Source: Terriglobales bacterium (GTDB taxonomy: Bacteria; Acidobacteriota; Terriglobia; Terriglobales; Acidobacteriaceae). From it: a stretch of 64,000 bases of DNA. Below, piece by piece: positions 1 to 9,829 of the stretch (positions within the stretch are counted from its first letter, which is position 1; each line of letters starts with the position of its first letter). The position numbers and the translations under genes were made by a program. Below the pieces are notes generated by a model. That model had not been told where the DNA came from, did no database searches, and saw nothing but the letters and a program-made list of their open reading frames with translations. The stretch covers positions 30,403 to 94,402 of the forward strand of contig CAVPMC010000008.1 of the NCBI GenBank assembly GCA_963706465.1, given 5' to 3'.

Positions 1-735
1 AGATATGCGCCCAGCGGTCCACTCGCGCCGCCGGTGGCCGGATCCTCCGGAATGCCTAAGACCGGGCCGAACATTCGACTGTAGACCGTGGCGTCGTCGT
101 CGGCCGGCTGCCGGCGAGAATACAAAAACAGGGAGCTCTTCGAGATCCAGCGCCCGGAGTAACGTGCACAATCTCGTACGTTCGACGGCTGCCGCATCGA
201 CCGCCGCGCGCGAGTTTAGCGCAACGTACAGAAACGGGACTCCGGACGACGCGACTTGCACCGGCAAGTTTCCGCCCGCAAGGTCGCACGGCTGGATACC
301 TAGTGCTGCGGCAACCGCAACGATGTCGGTGACGATGGGCCCGAATGTCGGAATCGGTTGCGTCATCCAGGCAAAGCGCAAGCCGTTCTGACCCCATTCG
401 AGTCCCACGGTCGTTGGTCCGATGCCGAGGCCGAGCACCGTCTTATCGGCGCCCGCACGCAGTCGTCCCGCTCCCGCGAGCGCAAAAGTCGTTCCGACCG
501 TCGGACTTCCAGCCATCGGCAGCTCCTGGGATGGCGTGAAAATGCGAACGCGCGCGTCGGTCCCGGAAGCCTCGGGAGGAAATACGAACGTGGTTTCGGG
601 GAAAGCCATTTCATTTGCGATCCGCTGCATCCGCCGTTCGTCAATTCCCGCCGCATCGAGGAACACGGCCAACTGGTTGCCCGTGAATGGTTGATTCGTA
701 AAAACATCGAGATGGACGTACTGAAGAACAGGCAT
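1..735 (-). CDS. PhzF-family isomerase. The 3' end runs off the window, and the frame breaks near 100-108.
   Basis: My translation from ATG at 735 reads MPVLQYVHLDVFTNQPFTGNQLAVFLDAAGIDERRMQRIANEMAFPETTFVF...FTPSQELPMAGSPTVGTTFALAG. After ...VFVFSPAAG, the conserved DDDATVYSRMFGPVLGIPEDPATGGASGPLGAY continues in another frame. The shift lies in the GCCGGCC run at about 101-107. The ORF is missing from the track because it has no stop in the window. Confidence 0.8.
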   Translation of the reverse strand, partial: MPVLQYVHLDVFTNQPFTGNQLAVFLDAAGIDERRMQRIANEMAFPETTFVFPPEASGTDARVRIFTPSQELPMAGSPTVGTTFALAGAGRLRAGADKTVLGLGIGPTTVGLEWGQNGLRFAWMTQPIPTFGPIVTDIVAVAAALGIQPCDLAGGNLPVQVASSGVPFLYVALNSRAAVDAAAVERTRLCTLLRALDLEELPVFVFSPAAGRRRRHGLQSNVRPGLRHSGGSGHRRREWTAGRIS

Positions 736-1292
736 TGGCTTCCCACTCCTTATATATCTGAGCGAATTTGACCACGTTTGCCACTCCCAACCCGATTGGG
801 CCGGAAATCTGGTCGGTCGGTGTCGTGTGGGCAGGCCTTAAACAAACAATTAGCAGTGGCCCAACCTGGCGGCTTGGCCATTATACATAGTAGTTTGGCT
901 AACTGTCTATATAACAACGAATCGCATTCCGAGGTGCGGAATTCGTCATCGTTATGACCTGATCCCATCAGAACTCGCCCACTACTCTAATGAGCTTAAC
1001 TACTTTGATTATTCAACCTGACTTCACGAATTGCCCGTGATGCGTGCAGAATCTTCGGGATGTGGACTCAGTGGTTTTTGGCTGCATGCGGTCTGCCTTC
1101 ACAAAAAGCGTGGCGTCTGACCCGGTAAACCAGGAGGTCTTGCAGGCTGCTGAAACAGCATCGCTACGACTGAGTGCAGGAGGACAGCACCCGTGAAGAG
1201 CGGATCGTCGGGGTCGCTAAATCGGAAGGGCGCGGGCGGCCACAAACGGTCTTCATGACAAACGTCGAAGCGAGACGAAGCACGCTTGGGAG

Positions 1293-1750
1293 TTGGAAGA
1301 AAACTTGATCCCCAATACGACAGAATCTCTTGATCCGCAGAACCCGGGCAGCTTTCGGCAACTTGCCCACAAATCGCAGGACGACGCGATCGACTACATG
1401 CTCGGTATTCGGAACCGACCGGTGTGGCGGGGCGTCCCGGACTCAGTGAAGCTCGCATTGCGGGAGGCAACACCGGATGAAGGCCAGGATCCGGAGCAAG
1501 TTTACGAAGACTTCCGCAAATGGGTTGTTCCATATGTCTACGCGAATGCTCATCCACGGGCATGGGTTGGGTGATTGGCGCTGGGACGCCTCAGGGTATC
1601 GCACACCAGATGTGGACTGCGGCACTGAACTCAAACGTTTTCGGAGCAGATCAATCGCCGAACTACGTTGAGGACCAGGTCTTGACGTGGTTCAAGGAAA
1701 AGATCGGTGTCGGCTATTGTACTGGCTGCGCAAACTGCGTTGTGGACTCC
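1293..1750 (+). pseudogene. Group II PLP-dependent (aromatic amino acid type) decarboxylase, N-terminal remnant, frameshifted and truncated
   Basis: ORF 1293-1574 ends ...FRKWVVPYVYANAHPRAWVG*. ORF 1520-1897 continues GWVIGAGTPQGIAHQMWTAALNSNVFGADQSPNYVEDQVLTWFKEKIG. Together they match the decarboxylase N-terminus (HPRF.G. ... ASP..TELE..V..W). The frames join if one G is added to the G-run at 1564-1566. The catalytic two-thirds of the protein is absent; the DinB gene begins at 1792. Confidence 0.6.
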
Positions 1751-1791
1751 CCTGGTCTGACTCCCTTGTTCTCCCGCGATTCCCGCGCGGC

Positions 1792-2307
1792 TCATTTATC
1801 CCATGGCTGCTCGAGTCTTGCGCTGCTCCGCTCAATAACCTGCTCCGACGTGAGTCCAAAGATCGGCGGGGTGGGCGCCTCCAGTATGGCGAGGTAGATG
1901 TAGAACTGGCCGCGATGGTGGATCTCATGTTCCAGCATCGCGCGCATCCATTTCCATGTCGTGACCGCGCCATCCGGCGTCCTGCATTCGCCATTCAGGT
2001 TGGTGAGGCGAGAGATAATCTCCGACGATTCTTTATGCAGCGCTTCCATGAAGGAAAGGATCTCATCATAACTGGGAGCCAATTGCCGGCCGCAACCGGC
2101 GTATCGGCTCGGCTTGCCCGCGAGGGGTTCGGCGAAGATGTAGCGATTGGCAGCGGCGATGTGCCGCGCCAAGTCTCCTAGCGTGAATTTGCCTTCGCGA
2201 AACGACCAGTCGACTTTGTCCGGAGGGATACACCGGACGACCCGCATGGTGCGCTTGTGAATTTTGTCGAAGTAGTCGAGAAATACGTTCAGGTCGTGAA
2301 TCTCCAT
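1792..2307 (-). CDS. DinB-family (DinB_2-like) protein
   Basis: 171-aa ORF with DinB-type helices and His ligands (LGDLARHIAAANRY..., MLEHEIHHRGQFYIYL). Confidence 0.75.
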   Translation of the reverse strand: MEIHDLNVFLDYFDKIHKRTMRVVRCIPPDKVDWSFREGKFTLGDLARHIAAANRYIFAEPLAGKPSRYAGCGRQLAPSYDEILSFMEALHKESSEIISRLTNLNGECRTPDGAVTTWKWMRAMLEHEIHHRGQFYIYLAILEAPTPPIFGLTSEQVIERSSARLEQPWDK

Positions 2308-2363
2308 GTCTCACACTCCTTATTGCTGCTGCGCCGAAATTCGAAAAGTGTGGCATTCACGCT

Positions 2364-3557
2364 TCAAGCGCGCAATGCTTGGAACCCTCGGCGAAGATCG
2401 TCCAGCAAGTCAGTCATATCTTCGATTCCCACCGACAAGCGGACAAGCCCAGGGGCGATTCCGGTATTTTGTGCTGCGGTACCGAGCTGATCCTCGCTCC
2501 AATCGATGTCGAAGGGGATCTCGATTACCGACTCGACTCCTCCTAAACTGGTCGCCACCGGAATCAACTGGAGGGCGTCGACGAACTTTGTGGCCGCTTC
2601 AAACCCTCCTTTGAACTGGAAGGAAAGCACGCCCCCTCCACCGCGCATTTGCTTGGTTGCTAACTCATAGTGGGAAGATCCTTCCAGATAGGGATAATTG
2701 ACGTGCTCGATCTCGGTCTGATCTTTGAGGAATCTTGCGATGGCCAGAGCAGAATCCGTCTGCCGCTGCATTCGGATCCCGAGTGATTTGATGCCTCGCA
2801 AGAGCAGCCAGCTTGCATGGGGATCGAGAATCGTGCCCAGCAGTCTTTGCATACTCCCGATCTTGGCAATTAGTTCGCTGCTCGCAGCTGCCGCCCCGCA
2901 CATTACATCGGAATGTCCGGCAAGAAACTTCGTGGCTGAATGCAGTACGACATTCGCGCCTAGACCTATCGGATTCTGCAAGTACGGGCTAGCAAACGTG
3001 CTGTCGATTAGGACCGGAACTCCTGCTTCTTGTGCGATTGCGGAAATGGCAGCGATGTCGGCGACTCGAAGCAGAGGATTGGAGGGGCTTTCGATGTAAA
3101 CCAGCTGTGTTGTGGCCCGAATTGCACTACGGACTTCACGAAGGTCAGCGACATTGACAAAGGTCGTCTCGACTCCGAAAGTTCGGAACGTTTCGTTCAA
3201 GAATGTAAATGTCTGGGCGAAGATTTCCCGCTGCGCCACCACGTGCGCCCCGGCAGACCCCGCTAGCGCCATGAGGGTCGTGGAGATTGCTCCCATTCCT
3301 GAACCGAAGACGAGCGCCGACTCGGCGCCCTCGAGCAGGGCAATTTTCTCGGCGGCTGCTCGCGACGTCGGATGGCCAAATCGCTGATACACCATTTCCG
3401 ATGCGTCGCGAAAATCTTTTCCCAGTTGACGACTGGATTCCGCCTCGAAGTTGACCGCTGGATGGATCGGAATGCTCAGAGGACGTTGTTTCTTTTGGAA
3501 ATCGTTGTATGTCTTGGTGGCTTTCGTTTGCAGCGTAAGTTTAATATTAGAACTCAA
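2364..3557 (-). CDS. Cys/Met-metabolism PLP-dependent enzyme (cystathionine gamma-synthase / beta-lyase / methionine gamma-lyase family)
   Basis: Family hallmarks are present: GSGMGAIS, the SATKFLAGHSDVMCG Lys motif and C-terminal LVRLSVGIED. The track ORF extends to TTG 3626, which has no RBS. TTG 3557 follows AAGGGAG by 7 nt and gives a typical 397-aa protein. Confidence 0.8.
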   Translation of the reverse strand: MSSNIKLTLQTKATKTYNDFQKKQRPLSIPIHPAVNFEAESSRQLGKDFRDASEMVYQRFGHPTSRAAAEKIALLEGAESALVFGSGMGAISTTLMALAGSAGAHVVAQREIFAQTFTFLNETFRTFGVETTFVNVADLREVRSAIRATTQLVYIESPSNPLLRVADIAAISAIAQEAGVPVLIDSTFASPYLQNPIGLGANVVLHSATKFLAGHSDVMCGAAAASSELIAKIGSMQRLLGTILDPHASWLLLRGIKSLGIRMQRQTDSALAIARFLKDQTEIEHVNYPYLEGSSHYELATKQMRGGGGVLSFQFKGGFEAATKFVDALQLIPVATSLGGVESVIEIPFDIDWSEDQLGTAAQNTGIAPGLVRLSVGIEDMTDLLDDLRRGFQALRA

Positions 3558-4605
3558 TCCAGTTCTCCCTTTTCCAATTGTCGAAACCACAACACCAATC
3601 GTGTCTGCTCGGAGCCACGCACGCAATCACTAGATGAGAGTCCCTGGAGGAAGATTCTCGGATTGGGATACCATGCGCGGCTCCCGCTTCGTTCACGCCC
3701 GGAATGCGCCTCGAGAAGCATTCCAATCCCATCTTCTTCCTTTGCGAGAGCACGAGCGTTTATTATACGCATCTACAGTTAGCGAACTGACGACGCATAA
3801 TGACACAAATGAATCTGCTTGTAAAGCCTTAAGGAACAACGGGGGGTGGCCAGGGTCTACCTCGCTAAACATCTGGCTCTGCTGATGGTCACTGCCTCAC
3901 ATGGGTTGGGGTACAACTGTGCTCTGTGGATTCGGGGCATATTGTAATTAGCTAACTGACGAAATATACTGACACGAAAGAATCTCGCGTGTCAAGTTTC
4001 AAATGCCGGCTGCACAGACTGACTGGAGCAACTGGAAACCGTGATCGATGTGTTTACGCGGTTCGGCGCACTCCAGACAGTCGGTAGGTCGTCCGCGCCG
4101 GAGGAAGGGCGTCTCTAATACAGCCCCATGGTTTTGGGCGTTCCGTCGGACCACAAGCACCAGAACGTTACCTGTCGTGAAATAGGTGTCTCAGATGTTG
4201 CACGCAACCGCGAACCTCGGAGACGACGGAAGGTTCGATGAAATTGGCCGCGTCAATAGTCACCGGCCTTACGTCGCGTCCTGGCTTATGCAAGAGCGAA
4301 CCAACCAGACGATCTTCGAGGCGTGGCCGGGCTTACATCCCGATCCGGTGGTTCAGGCCGGAGACCACTTCCTCGATATACGCGTTCCCTTGCGGACGAT
4401 AGGAGTCTCGGATGCGAGGCAAACGAAAATCACGATCGGAGACTCGCGATGCCCGAAGAGCGCTATTTTGAGCATGAAGCGCAGCAATATGGATAGGGTC
4501 GATCCAGCAATGCCGGATCCCATTAGCGAAGTCGGAAACAAGGCACGCGAATGAGGTTCTAAACCGCCGTAAATCTTTGCGAAAGTGTTATTATGATTAG
4601 GGAGT

Positions 4606-4920
4606 GTGCTAAACGTAATGATATCGACTGTCGCAATCCGGGCTCTCGCGAATGAACGCAGACTACAGATTCTTGAGTGGCTTAAGAACCCGACCAAGCA
4701 CTTCCCCCCGCAAGTCGACGGCGATTTGGTGAAGGATGGGGTTTGCGGCTGCCTCATTGCGCGCAAGCTTCGCATTAGCCAACCGACCACGAGCGAACAC
4801 ATGAAGATTTTGTGCCAGGCTGGACTGACCCGCCCCAAGCGAATTAAGAAGTGGACCTTTTACAAGCGCGACGAGGCCAGAATCAAGCAAATCAAGAAAG
4901 CCATTCTGGCGAAAGTGTAG
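4606..4920 (+). CDS. ArsR/SmtB-family HTH transcriptional regulator
   Basis: 104 aa. Contains IRALANERRLQILEWL ... LIARKLRISQPTTSEHMKILCQAGL, a winged-helix ArsR signature. Confidence 0.8.
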   Translation: MLNVMISTVAIRALANERRLQILEWLKNPTKHFPPQVDGDLVKDGVCGCLIARKLRISQPTTSEHMKILCQAGLTRPKRIKKWTFYKRDEARIKQIKKAILAKV

Positions 4921-5218
4921 GAACCCACCCCGGGGAATATGCCGCAACTCATGTGCTCGCGGTGAGCTTCGTTTGCTACTGCCGCGTAGACGTCGTGTGG
5001 TATCGCGTCCTGCACCTTAATGAAGTCCACGCCACGGGCCGAAGCATATCGTTCTTCTCCTCCACAACGGTCACCATTTTCCATGTCTCGGTTTCGGGGT
5101 CCACTCCAGGGGACAGTCTCCCGTTTTCCACCTAACCCCGTGCGGTTGACATTCGTCGGCTTTCGTTTATAGTTTGTCAGATAGCGAATAAACGATTCGT
5201 GTCGAAAAGAGACGACCC

Positions 5219-5362
5219 GTGCGAACAAGAAGATGCCCGATGATCGAGCTGTACGGACGGGCTTTCCTGATTCGAGCCATCGGGACAGGACTGCTGGAGG
5301 GCAAACGCGCCGCAACCCACTGGAAGTGGGCGGCAGAGTTGGCGAGCAAATTCAAGCACACA
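5219..5362 (+). pseudogene. GlxA/DJ-1 (AraC-type amidase-domain regulator) fragment
   Basis: AFLIRAIGTGLLEGKRAATHWKWAAELASKFKHT matches the conserved GAFLLA.AGLLDGRRATTHW..A.ELA..FP block of GlxA-like regulators. No flanking domain sequence is present. It is fused in frame to the following ORF only by chance. Confidence 0.4.
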
Positions 5363-5395
5363 AATCGGACTAATCGCAAATCAAGGAGACCTCAA

Positions 5396-6082
5396 GTGAA
5401 AAACAGCTTAGTCATATTTCTTTTCGTTTCTATGTGCGTCTGGGCCTGCGCCGAGGATGCGAAACCCGCTTATCCCGCAATGGCGCCTATCGAGCAATAC
5501 CGTGAGGCAAGTGCTTCTGCGGAGATCGCGCTGGCGCGAACCGCCGCGCCTACTTCGATTTCCGGCGATGCGAGCGTGCTAGTCCTGGGCAATCACGACT
5601 ACGAAACGGAGGTAAAGGGTCAGAATGGCTTTGTCTGCCTGGTCTGGCGGTCCTGGGCGGCCACCCTTGATGATCCGGACTTTTGGAATCCCAAGTTTCG
5701 TGCGGCCATATGCTTCAATCCCGCAGCCACGCGTACAGTCCTTCCCGCCTATCTCGAAAGGACAAAATGGGCTCTCGCCGGCGCCTCGAAGGCCGAAATA
5801 GAAAGCCGCATCCGAGCTGAGGTTGCCTCAAACCGGATACCAACGCCCGACCCCGGCGCGTTCGCTTACATGATGTCGAAAGAAGGGGACACCGGATCCG
5901 GCCACCACTTTCCTCCGCATGTGATGATGTTCCTTGCCCACACCGAGGGCGCCGACTGGGGTGCAGGTTTTCACGGATCACCGATAATTGTAGAGCAGCA
6001 ATATCCGGAGCCCTTCACCGTATTTGACGTTAAGGTGCCCTTGTATTCCGACGGGACGCCCGGAACTATGGGGCAGCATTAG
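5396..6082 (+). CDS. Secreted hypothetical protein
   Basis: GTG at 5396 lies 6 nt after AAGGAG. The N-terminus VKNSLVIFLFVSMCVWACAEDA looks like a signal peptide. I recognise no family. Confidence 0.55.
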   Translation: MKNSLVIFLFVSMCVWACAEDAKPAYPAMAPIEQYREASASAEIALARTAAPTSISGDASVLVLGNHDYETEVKGQNGFVCLVWRSWAATLDDPDFWNPKFRAAICFNPAATRTVLPAYLERTKWALAGASKAEIESRIRAEVASNRIPTPDPGAFAYMMSKEGDTGSGHHFPPHVMMFLAHTEGADWGAGFHGSPIIVEQQYPEPFTVFDVKVPLYSDGTPGTMGQH

Positions 6083-6095
6083 AGACGACGGGTGG

Positions 6096-6126
6096 CCCAC
6101 TCAAGCCTACTTTTGGCTTGAGTGGG
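6096..6126 (+). terminator. Terminator-like hairpin after the 5396-6082 gene
   Basis: Perfect 12-bp stem CCCACTCAAGCC / GGCTTGAGTGGG with a 7-nt loop, 14 nt after the stop codon. There is no clear U-tract. Confidence 0.35.
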
Positions 6127-6787
6127 GTTGCAGCGTGTCGTCGAGTGCGGCGCGCACGGCCAATTCCGCGGATGTCTTGCCATTTCCGGTTTGGAATAGC
6201 AACCCGTGGTCAAAATGAAATCGAGGACAATCCTGCCTAAAGTGTGGGTTTGTTTTGCTGTCTACGTGTTGGCCAGCACCTTCGCCGCCGCCCAGGAACC
6301 GGACCTCAACAATTGATGCCAACTCGTATTGTGTCTTGAAGCTGAAGCGCGTGCGGCTCTGAGTGCGCATCCCCAAGCCGCGATCCTTCGACGAGTGCTC
6401 GACGTGTGAGATCGGCAATCATATAGACACTTAGCCAATAATCGTATTATAACAACTTATGCATGCGGCGGTCAAACATCATCTAGCTACCTTTTTCGAA
6501 TTAGCTGCGTCCAATCTTCCGAGCGTAACTTGGGAACAATCTGGAGGTTCGGCCGAGAAGACTAACCTAATGTTGGAAGGGGGAACGTGATGAAGCGAAT
6601 CTTGGCAGTTATTGCGTTCTTTGCGCAGCCACCTCGCTCGCTCCGGGCAGACGGCCGACAAGCGAGAAAAAACGAAGGGCGAGAAAGCCGATGTGGAACG
6701 AATTTTGCTGCAGATGTTTAACTTCCTGCGTGACTTATTTAAGTTGAATATCCAAACCAAAATCAAAATGTGAAAGGAAAATGTCAG

Positions 6788-7306
6788 ATGAACAAAAAGA
6801 AAGCGGGCATAGCCTTCATTGCGCTCCTTACGTATGCCTTGGCTGGCCAAGCATTGGCGCAGGGCTCGGAGATCGAATTCAAATCCAATGCCGATGAGCT
6901 CACGAAAATCCGCAGCGTGGTGGAGGAGTTCCGTCAGGATATTATTCGGAAGGACGGGTACGCCCTAACGAAGCTCGTGCTGAACCCCAATGTGCTCTTT
7001 CATCACACCAACGGCCAGGAAGAGGTTGATAGCGCCCGCAAATATAACGCTCAGTTCGATGGGATTGGCTCGAGCGCTCTAGATGGATTTGCGAAATTCC
7101 TCTCTACATCGAAGGACAAACTCGAAGAGAAATTTCACAACATCGAGATTCGCCAGGACGGTCCTCTAGGGCTGGTGACATTTAATTACGATTTTGTCGT
7201 CAACGACAAGGTTACCAATTCGGGCCTCGAACACTGGCAGGTGTGCAAAATTGATGGGCAGTGGAAGATCTTGTCCGTTGTCTGGACCAGCTATAGTCAC
7301 AGCTGA
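6788..7306 (+). CDS. Secreted NTF2-fold (SnoaL/DUF4440-like) protein
   Basis: MNKKKAGIAFIALLTYALAGQALAQG signal peptide. The C-terminus ...GLEHWQVCKIDGQWKILSVVWTSY is typical of NTF2-like folds. The ATG at 6788 has AAAGGA upstream. Confidence 0.6.
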   Translation: MNKKKAGIAFIALLTYALAGQALAQGSEIEFKSNADELTKIRSVVEEFRQDIIRKDGYALTKLVLNPNVLFHHTNGQEEVDSARKYNAQFDGIGSSALDGFAKFLSTSKDKLEEKFHNIEIRQDGPLGLVTFNYDFVVNDKVTNSGLEHWQVCKIDGQWKILSVVWTSYSHS

Positions 7307-7367
7307 CCGCCACATTTCGAAAACGTTGGTTTGCCGTACCAATTCACCGAGAAATGAGGACAAAACG

Positions 7368-7898
7368 ATGAGAACTCTTGTGATCTCTGCCTTGCTGTTA
7401 CTCGCCGCGTCGGCGACTGCACAAACAACGCCCGCACAAGCAAAGAACCCGGTCAGCACCGCCCTGAGGGACATCCTGCCCGGCCGGCAGAAAAACACCG
7501 TCGAAGCCGTCGAAGCCATGCCTGCCGACAAGTTCAACTACAAACCCACGGCCGACCAGATGACGCTCGGCCACCTCGTCGTCCACATGGCCGAAACCAA
7601 TTACCTCCTGTGCAGCAAAGCCGCTGCCGTCCCGGCTCCGAAGGACGAGGGAGTAAAAGACACGGACTCGAAAGACAAGCTGGTGGCCGCGCTCAGGGCC
7701 TCGTTTGATTTCTGCTCCGACGCGCTGACGAAAATGGACGACTCAAAACTGGCCGAGACCACGGACATCTTCCCCGGGCGCCAGGGTTCGCGTGCCTGGG
7801 CCAGCCTGATCCTAGCCGGTGCTTGGGCCGACCACTACGCCGAAGCCGCAATGTATCTGCGCTCGATCGGTGTGTTGCCGCCTACCGCCAAGAAGTAA
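7368..7898 (+). CDS. Secreted DinB-family protein
   Basis: In-frame ATG at 7368 gives MRTLVISALLLLAASATAQ (signal peptide). DinB motifs are TLGHLVVHMAETNYLL and WADHYAEAAMYLRSIG. Confidence 0.75.
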   Translation: MRTLVISALLLLAASATAQTTPAQAKNPVSTALRDILPGRQKNTVEAVEAMPADKFNYKPTADQMTLGHLVVHMAETNYLLCSKAAAVPAPKDEGVKDTDSKDKLVAALRASFDFCSDALTKMDDSKLAETTDIFPGRQGSRAWASLILAGAWADHYAEAAMYLRSIGVLPPTAKK

Positions 7899-7972
7899 GA
7901 GTGAGGGTGGAACGGCCGCCGGGCGCCCTCGTCCGTCCAAGCCGCCTCAAAAGCATCTGTCTGAACCAAGCC

Positions 7973-8063
7973 ACAAGGTTCACCATTCAGGCCTCGAAGT
8001 CTGGTAGTTGTGCAAAATTGATGGACAGTGGAAGATCTTGTCCGTTGCCTGGACGATCGATAG
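7973..8063 (+). repeat. Degenerate second copy of the 3' end of the NTF2-like gene (partner 7206-7296)
   Basis: By-eye alignment gives roughly 85-90% identity over ~91 bp. It includes the identical block GTGCAAAATTGATGG.CAGTGGAAGATCTTGTCCGTTG. The second copy has an in-frame TAG (TGGTAG). Confidence 0.7.
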
Positions 8064-8604
8064 AACGACAACCAGTGGACCATTCTATTCTCCGAGCAAC
8101 TGGGGGGTCCACAAAAGTCTGAGGAGATTCCGCCGATCGCGAACTGGTAATGGAGTCTTCGACTGATGTCCTCCGCCGGTCCCCATTCAGCTACAGGCAT
8201 CAACTTATTCGACACTTGGCGAAGTAACGATATACCGCATGTCTTCGATTTTCGCGCAACAAGACTGAATTGTGTCGAGATCATCAAGGGAATTCAAGCC
8301 CGTATCGATACCCATTTATGAGGCCGCTTGTAGTATTTTCAACAGCTTACAAGACGCCGGTGGCTGCCTAAGAGCCTTGTAAGAAGAGTTGGACAGTGAA
8401 AGGACAGGCGAGCGAGTTCGGAAATGCTTCTTGGCGGGGGCCAACCACTTGAGGACTTGAACCGCAACCCTTTCCGCCTTTCGTAGTCCTTCCAGCACGA
8501 ATTCAGTCGACGCCCAACGAACGCGGATGAATGCCGACAGAAAACACTATAGGCATACGGGTTCATGGGAGTTCATCGCAGAGTGTGGGGTTTTCTGTTC
8601 TCAT

Positions 8605-8997
8605 TCACGCAACTCCTGCCGCGACTGCCTCTCGTTTTGCTGGCAGAAGCGCTAACAGGACGACACCGATCACAAGGAATGCGATCACATCCGTAAAGTT
8701 CCGATGGACGCCGTGAATCCACGCTTCTACGGTTTGAATAGCCATCACGGCGCCATGGGAGATGTTCCACCAAGCTGCTAGAGCAATCATCGAGCGATGC
8801 TCAGATGGTCTTCTTGCGGCTATGAGTAGAAAGACCCCGACCGGAATAAAGAAGCTCAGAAACATCGGATCGAGCTCGTTCTTCCGCTCCAAAAGCCAGC
8901 TGGAATGCCGCAGATCCATATATAGAAAATAAATCATGGCCAGGTTGACCAGGCCCACGATCACCAGGACGATCTGTAGGAGGCGTTCTCTTTTCAC
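8605..8997 (-). CDS. Small integral membrane protein (hypothetical)
   Basis: 130 aa with about four hydrophobic helices (LLQIVLVIVGLVNLAMIYFLY, FLSFFIPVGVFLLIAA, VIAFLVIGVVLLALL). Confidence 0.5.
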   Translation of the reverse strand: MKRERLLQIVLVIVGLVNLAMIYFLYMDLRHSSWLLERKNELDPMFLSFFIPVGVFLLIAARRPSEHRSMIALAAWWNISHGAVMAIQTVEAWIHGVHRNFTDVIAFLVIGVVLLALLPAKREAVAAGVA

Positions 8998-9182
8998 ATT
9001 GACCTCATTTGAGCGAATTTTGTTGCGAGCACAGCAGCGGCTCTAAGACGAAGAGATTTCAGCTTCTGGTTGGCGGATGATCCGCTCCGAACTAACTGCT
9101 GGCTTCACCCCCTGACCAAGTCCACGCCTGCCAGATGATGACCGAGGTGCATACAGTTTCGATCGTCGCGAAGAACAAGTAC

Positions 9183-9500
9183 TCAGGAAGAGCGGGCGTC
9201 CGGGCACCGACAAAGAGGCGGAACGAAGGTCAGGAAACCGTTTACAAGGGTCAAAATTGCACCCGCGATGATATTCGCCAGCCGGTTCGCTCTAAACGGA
9301 AGTAGTCGACACGCCACAATCATGGCGATGGGTATTTCCATCAAGACCGCTGAACCCAGCAGAGCCCATGGTGGGAGATGTGGGGCGTCGGCTAGATTTG
9401 GCGAGCCAACAATAGCAAACAGGGCGACAACGTCCGCATACAGGTAGTTCAATAACGCGAAGATCCAGAATAGAGACAACCGCTCCTTTGTGTCATGCAT
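9183..9500 (-). CDS. Small integral membrane protein (hypothetical)
   Basis: 105 aa with three or four hydrophobic helices (LSLFWIFALLNYLYADVVALFAIV, IPIAMIVACRLL, IIAGAILTLVNGFLTF). Confidence 0.5.
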   Translation of the reverse strand: MHDTKERLSLFWIFALLNYLYADVVALFAIVGSPNLADAPHLPPWALLGSAVLMEIPIAMIVACRLLPFRANRLANIIAGAILTLVNGFLTFVPPLCRCPDARSS

Positions 9501-9829
9501 GTCAACCTCCTAGGGAAGAGCAATGCAGGATCTGAGTTGCGCTCCTGCGCTCTGTATTGTGCATTTGCGCACTTTGGGAATACGGGCGAGGACATCAAAA
9601 GGTTGCAAGGTACGAGGGCGTATCCGAAAATTTCTGTGATTGAGATAAACTCATGCGAGATTCGGCCAATCAACGGTTATAAGGCGATTGCACAAGTATG
9701 CGCTTTTCGTTCGCGTTTGGGCGGGATCATGAGTGTGAATTTTGATGTTTCGCCAATTATCATTGTCTTCCCATATTCTTCAGTAGACTGTTCTCATACC
9801 TAGCAACACCAATCTAGCAACTGCATCTT

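Noticed and set aside
3558-3760. SAM-I, TPP or cobalamin riboswitch upstream of the PLP enzyme gene
   Set aside because: The conserved cores (GAGGGA/GCAACC for SAM-I, CUGAGA...ACCUGAUCUGG for TPP, GCCACUG for B12) are absent. I report only generic structure.
3900-4560. 122-aa plus ORF (4186-4554) and protein-like fragments in three minus-strand frames
   Set aside because: I could not recognise a family on either strand. It may be a multiply frameshifted gene or a relic. The evidence is too weak to call a CDS.
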